Shown here: piece by piece, positions 59,908-64,000 of the stretch | Layout of the letters: every line of letters starts with the position of its first letter | Position numbering within the stretch: the first letter of the stretch is position 1 | Origin: Candidatus Krumholzibacteriia bacterium | GTDB lineage: Bacteria; Krumholzibacteriota; Krumholzibacteriia; Krumholzibacteriales; Krumholzibacteriaceae | NCBI GenBank assembly: GCA_963836185.1 | Contig: CAWIIQ010000001.1 | Span: 640,001-704,000, forward strand | Length of the DNA: 64,000 nucleotides | Reading direction: 5' to 3' | Notes under the pieces: generated by a model | The model's input: only the letters and a program-made list of their open reading frames with translations | What the model was told of the DNA's origin: nothing | The model's database searches: none | Translations under genes and position numbers: made by a program

Positions 59908-60543
59908 TCCTTCTATGGCGTCCAGCATCTTCTCTATCGGCTGGGCACCCGAGAGTACTGTCTTGTCGTCGATCACGATGGCCGGGACTCCCATGATATT
60001 GTGCTTGAGCAGAAGATGGGGGAAGGTAGAGCCCTCGATCATATCCGAGCTTATACGTTCGTTCTCGATAGCCAGCATGTTCGATGTCGCTACAGCGGGA
60101 GGGCAGTAGGGACAGGTCAGTCCGATGAAGACCTCGATGTGGACGTCCCTGTCGATCTTCTTTATCCGTTCGAGGATATCTCCAGGCATATCTTCTTTTT
60201 CCCCGGAGACGGCGAGGACCGCGTGGGTCAGTGAGTTGATCTCATACCCGGCCGGGATGCCGTAAAACTTCACGCCGGTATTCGTGCCGTCCTTGTCCAG
60301 GACTACGATTGCGGGGATCTTGTCGACGCCCAGCTCATCGGCCCGTGACCGTTCTTCTGCGAAATTCAGCACAGTCACCCTGGTCTTGTCTGAGATCTCG
60401 CCGAACTCCTCGATGAAGGCCCTCGTATCGGAGCAGCTCTCGCACTCGATCTCCTGTGTGAACATCACCAGTTCCACATCGTCCTGCATCTTCGAGAGTA
60501 TCTCGGCGAGCTGTTTTCTCGCTTCATCGTCGAGCATCGGCAT
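59902..60543 (-). CDS. protein disulfide oxidoreductase (double thioredoxin fold)
   Basis: CESC and CPYC motifs, FYGIPAGYE, GVP. Confidence 0.9.
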   Translation of the reverse strand: MPMLDDEARKQLAEILSKMQDDVELVMFTQEIECESCSDTRAFIEEFGEISDKTRVTVLNFAEERSRADELGVDKIPAIVVLDKDGTNTGVKFYGIPAGYEINSLTHAVLAVSGEKEDMPGDILERIKKIDRDVHIEVFIGLTCPYCPPAVATSNMLAIENERISSDMIEGSTFPHLLLKHNIMGVPAIVIDDKTVLSGAQPIEKMLDAIEGS

Positions 60544-60680
60544 TTTGTCCCCCCTGCATCAGTAGAATCTTTCCATGTGCGACTAAGTTTCCCCATCCGG
60601 CTGTGAAAATCAAGTGTTCAATCCGTTGAACAGAATACCGGGCAGGAGTATAGTATGTGAAGAGCGACAGGAGGCAGTGA

Positions 60681-61709
60681 ATGAAGGCAATGATCCTCGA
60701 GAAGATATACGACCTGGAAGAAAACGCCGAGCCGCTGCGGCTTGTCGAGCTGCAGGACCCTGTTCCCGGAAAAGGTGAGATCCTTGTCAGAGTATCGGCC
60801 TGCGGTGTATGCCATACCGAACTCGACGAGATAGAAGGGAGGACGCCTCCTCCGGTTCTGCCGATAGTCCCGGGGCACCAGGTAGTCGGCATGGTCGAGA
60901 AGAACGGTCCCGGCGCGGAGAGATTCAAGCCCGGAGACAGGATCGGCGTTGGCTGGATCCATTCGGCATGCGGCAGGTGCAATCTCTGCTCATCCGGACA
61001 GGAGAACCTCTGTGCGGATTTCCGGGCCACGGGCCGTGACGTCGATGGCGGATACGCCGAGATGATGACAGTACCCGAATCCCATGCTTTCCCTGTCCCG
61101 GAGATATTCTCGGACATAGAGGCTGCTCCGCTGCTTTGCGCGGGAGCTATAGGATACCGTTCGATGAACCTCACCGGTATCAGCGGAACACAGAGACTCG
61201 GCCTGACAGGGTTCGGCGCCTCGGGCCATCTCGTTCTCAAGATGGTCAGGCACAGGTATCCAGGTATGGATGTATACGTCTTCGCGAGGAGTCCCGGCGA
61301 AAGGGAATTCGCCATTGAGCTCGGCGCTGTATGGGCGGGAGACACGGACGACACATCTCCGGAGAAGCTCGATGCCATCATCGATACGACTCCGGTCTGG
61401 AAGCCGGTCATCGAGGCGCTGAGGAATCTCGCGCCTGGCGGCAGGCTCGTGATAAACGCGATTCGCAAGGAGGACCGCGACAAGGATCATCTCCTGAACA
61501 TCGACTACGTTGAGCATCTCTGGATGGAAAAAGAGATAAAGAGCGTAGCCAACGTGGCGGGTAGTGACATCGCGGAGTTCCTCGAACTTGCCGCTGAGAT
61601 CCCGATCAGGCCGGAGACGGAGTTCTATTCACTGGAGGATGCCAACAGGGCGCTGATCGAACTCAAGCAGCGAAAGATCCGAGGCGCTAAGGTTCTTGTG
61701 ACCGGATAA
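60681..61709 (+). CDS. zinc-dependent alcohol dehydrogenase
   Basis: CGVCHTE, PGHQ, CGRC..C...ENLC, APLLCAG, GFGASG. Confidence 0.93.
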   Translation: MKAMILEKIYDLEENAEPLRLVELQDPVPGKGEILVRVSACGVCHTELDEIEGRTPPPVLPIVPGHQVVGMVEKNGPGAERFKPGDRIGVGWIHSACGRCNLCSSGQENLCADFRATGRDVDGGYAEMMTVPESHAFPVPEIFSDIEAAPLLCAGAIGYRSMNLTGISGTQRLGLTGFGASGHLVLKMVRHRYPGMDVYVFARSPGEREFAIELGAVWAGDTDDTSPEKLDAIIDTTPVWKPVIEALRNLAPGGRLVINAIRKEDRDKDHLLNIDYVEHLWMEKEIKSVANVAGSDIAEFLELAAEIPIRPETEFYSLEDANRALIELKQRKIRGAKVLVTG

Positions 61710-61718
61710 AACGGTATT

Positions 61719-62729
61719 TCAGCGAGCCGTAAGTTCCCTTTCGTCCGATACGGTCTTTTTACCGTCTTCTTTCTCGTCTTCCTTACCGTTCTTATCTTCG
61801 AGGTCATAGCTCTCGAGGAAAAGGTCCTCGTCGGATATGACGGCTCCGGATACACCATCCATTGCTGTTTCGAGATGAACAGCCATGCCCAGAAAACCAG
61901 TCCGTCCATACCAGAGATAGACCGCGTCATTGTCGCCCAGGAACTCATTGTACACCCTGATCTTCCAGCCTTTCATCTTTCCCGCCGGCAGGTCGAGGAC
62001 ATCATGTTTCTCGACGACCGAATAGAACAGTGGGGTATCCCTGATGACCCATTCCTGCCTGGGGTGCAGCGGGTACTTGAGGCGCTGGATCTCGTCGGGG
62101 AGGATTCCGCCTGGAGGGCCTGCCAGCTTGGCCGGACCGTTCCCTCGTCCCAGGAGACAGTTAACGGCATCTATCTTGTCAAAATGCTCGATCATCGCTC
62201 TTTCGGCGGCCTGTCTGTCGACTGATGCCAGATTTTCGATCGATCTCTGCCTGAGTGCATCCCACCGGGAGAGGGCCAGGCCCGGATCCTCGCCTGGAGG
62301 GTCGTTTGTCGAGACATCCGCATTATAAAGCCCCACCCGGTCCTGCCGGTATCGAATCCAGTATGTCATCGTATCATCAGGATCGATTCCAGTACTGATG
62401 ATATTTACCTGCTCTTCGACAAAATATTCTCTTCCGAACAACTCTTCCGTGCCTGTGATAGATCTCATCTCCCGGACCGATGCGTGGAAAGACTCATAAT
62501 CTCCGATAGACATCGATCTTTCGCCTGTGTAGGCCCAGGAATTTCCTGTGTCGAGAGGATAATATTCGCTTTGTCCCGGGTCACAGGACCCTTCGCCTTT
62601 GCCGTACAGCACTTCCATGCCTGTGATCGAGTTCAGGGACTCCAGATCTTCCGTCCCCGAGTCAGTTACGTTGCATGCGGTGATAAGCGGCATCATGGCT
62701 ATTGTCAGGCACAGGATAAACTTAAACAT
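61719..62729 (-). CDS. hypothetical lipoprotein
   Basis: GGAGG RBS, lipobox ITAC, YYPL.TGNSW.Y motif. Confidence 0.7.
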   Translation of the reverse strand: MFKFILCLTIAMMPLITACNVTDSGTEDLESLNSITGMEVLYGKGEGSCDPGQSEYYPLDTGNSWAYTGERSMSIGDYESFHASVREMRSITGTEELFGREYFVEEQVNIISTGIDPDDTMTYWIRYRQDRVGLYNADVSTNDPPGEDPGLALSRWDALRQRSIENLASVDRQAAERAMIEHFDKIDAVNCLLGRGNGPAKLAGPPGGILPDEIQRLKYPLHPRQEWVIRDTPLFYSVVEKHDVLDLPAGKMKGWKIRVYNEFLGDNDAVYLWYGRTGFLGMAVHLETAMDGVSGAVISDEDLFLESYDLEDKNGKEDEKEDGKKTVSDERELTAR

Positions 62730-62993
62730 TACTGGCCTCCTTGCGTTCATTACAGTTCCTGAGAATATGGAAAAACAGAAGAAAAAGAATCGATTTCTTC
62801 ATACAACCCCAGTTCCGGCGGGGCGGGTAGTTGCGGATGTTATATGGAGTCCAGTGACAACCGGAATATTATCATAGTCCTGCGGCAATTTCAAGACCCG
62901 ATTCCGCATATGCCGGAATCGGGAAATGGATTGAATATGGCAGGCTGCGTAATTAGAATCGTTGCGGCAAATGATTCTATGACAGGAGAAATT

Positions 62994-64000
62994 ATGAATA
63001 TCAGAAAATTGGCTGTCTGCCTGATCCTGCTCTCGGTCACTTCATGTTCGGGCGAGAGGTACGTCGAGGTCATAGATGTCGAGCCGGTCATTGACAAGTC
63101 GGCTCTCGACCGGACTGAAGGCGAGGCCCTCGATTTCGAGGCGATGCTCGAAAGCTTCCAGGTCAATGGCAGGATCTACACGATGACCTACCAGGGTGAC
63201 TTCGACAGGATGGCCGGGATGCAGCACGGCCAGATCATGCTGATGCTGGAAGCGCGGGAGAGGGCTGAGTCGGATTCACTGCACTGCAGCATGTACTCCT
63301 ACTACGATGACGGGGGCGGGGCGCTATTCGGCAGGAATTTCGATAATGTCATGGACAAGTCGAGGGAACTGCTCGTCGGCTACTTTTTCCCCGATAACGG
63401 GTATGCCTCGATAGCGTTCGTTCCGATAATGGAGCTGGGATTCACTCCGGAGAAAGAATTCGATCCCTATGACACGCAGGATGTCCGGATGCTTCTCAAC
63501 GGACCTGTCATATCGATAGAGGGGATGAACGAGAAAGGTGTGGCTGTGGGTCTCGCCAGCATCAACCGCAGGAAGGTAGAGCAGCTCAGCTGTAACAGCC
63601 CTCGCTATCTCATACTCATTATCAGGGAGATACTCGATCATGCCGGCGATGTAGACGAGGCAGTCAGAATCGTCTCGAAATATAACGTCTTCGACAATGG
63701 GCGCGATATAATCACGCATCATATCTTCATAGCGGGACCGGACGGGAGGTCCGTCGTCCTCGAGTGGAAGGATGGAAGGATGCATGTCGTGGGCAACGGG
63801 GATGATTCGCAGGTTGTGACGAATGTCGCCCTGACAGGGACATCGGACATCGAGCGCAGAAAGAACTGCTCGAGGTACTGCTCCATCGACGACGATATCA
63901 GGGACCATTCAGGGCCGATGACCTGGCAGTACGGTATGGATATGCTCCGCGGCGCCAGCCAGAAGAATGTGAGTTATTATCTCGACGGAAGGAAACAGCG
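62994..64000 (+). CDS. Ntn-hydrolase lipoprotein (C45/choloylglycine hydrolase-like), runs off window end; absent from ORF track
   Basis: MNIRKLAVCLILLSVTSC lipobox; HCSM...LFGRNFD, IEGMNEKGV, HHIFIA...VVLEW, VTN. Confidence 0.8.
   Translation, partial: MNIRKLAVCLILLSVTSCSGERYVEVIDVEPVIDKSALDRTEGEALDFEAMLESFQVNGRIYTMTYQGDFDRMAGMQHGQIMLMLEARERAESDSLHCSMYSYYDDGGGALFGRNFDNVMDKSRELLVGYFFPDNGYASIAFVPIMELGFTPEKEFDPYDTQDVRMLLNGPVISIEGMNEKGVAVGLASINRRKVEQLSCNSPRYLILIIREILDHAGDVDEAVRIVSKYNVFDNGRDIITHHIFIAGPDGRSVVLEWKDGRMHVVGNGDDSQVVTNVALTGTSDIERRKNCSRYCSIDDDIRDHSGPMTWQYGMDMLRGASQKNVSYYLDGRKQ

Noticed and set aside
1-64000. CRISPR array, IS/transposase, integrase at the tRNA, prophage
   Set aside because: No regularly spaced repeats, recombinase/transposase motifs or duplicated tRNA 3' end seen by eye

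Overview
GC-rich, gene-dense bacterial chromosomal window, probably from an uncultured diderm anaerobe (inference from RdhAB, Buk/Ptb, His-type Thi4, a Cys4 TrpRS and a selenoprotein). No mobile element, CRISPR array or rRNA is visible. In order: PhzF fragment; S9 peptidase; ABC-2 exporter; WG-repeat beta-propeller lipoprotein; radical SAM; an acyl-CoA transferase-GNAT / HDAC / Buk-Ptb cluster; an outer-membrane protein; a C1A cysteine protease with a CTERM-like tail; addBA; thi4; a HisKA_3/NarL two-component pair followed by an unannotated 6S-like RNA; exported hypotheticals; yjbQ; pepD; a tRNA-Trp (atypical A73)-trpS-tryptophanase unit; a GAF-PAS kinase; a cheR-MCP-cheW-cheD-cheB-cheA-cheC-cheY-TPR-DUF4388-like operon with a candidate sigma54 promoter and structured leader, bracketed by two divergent PhzF paralogues; a selenocysteine peroxiredoxin (UGA+SECIS) split by the ORF track; aromatic amino acid decarboxylase; pirin; truncated S10 peptidase; esterase; reductive dehalogenase rdhAB; protein disulfide oxidoreductase; Zn-ADH; lipoproteins. 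About seven small frameshifts in otherwise intact genes look like assembly indels. All calls come from motif recognition by eye; no searches were run.
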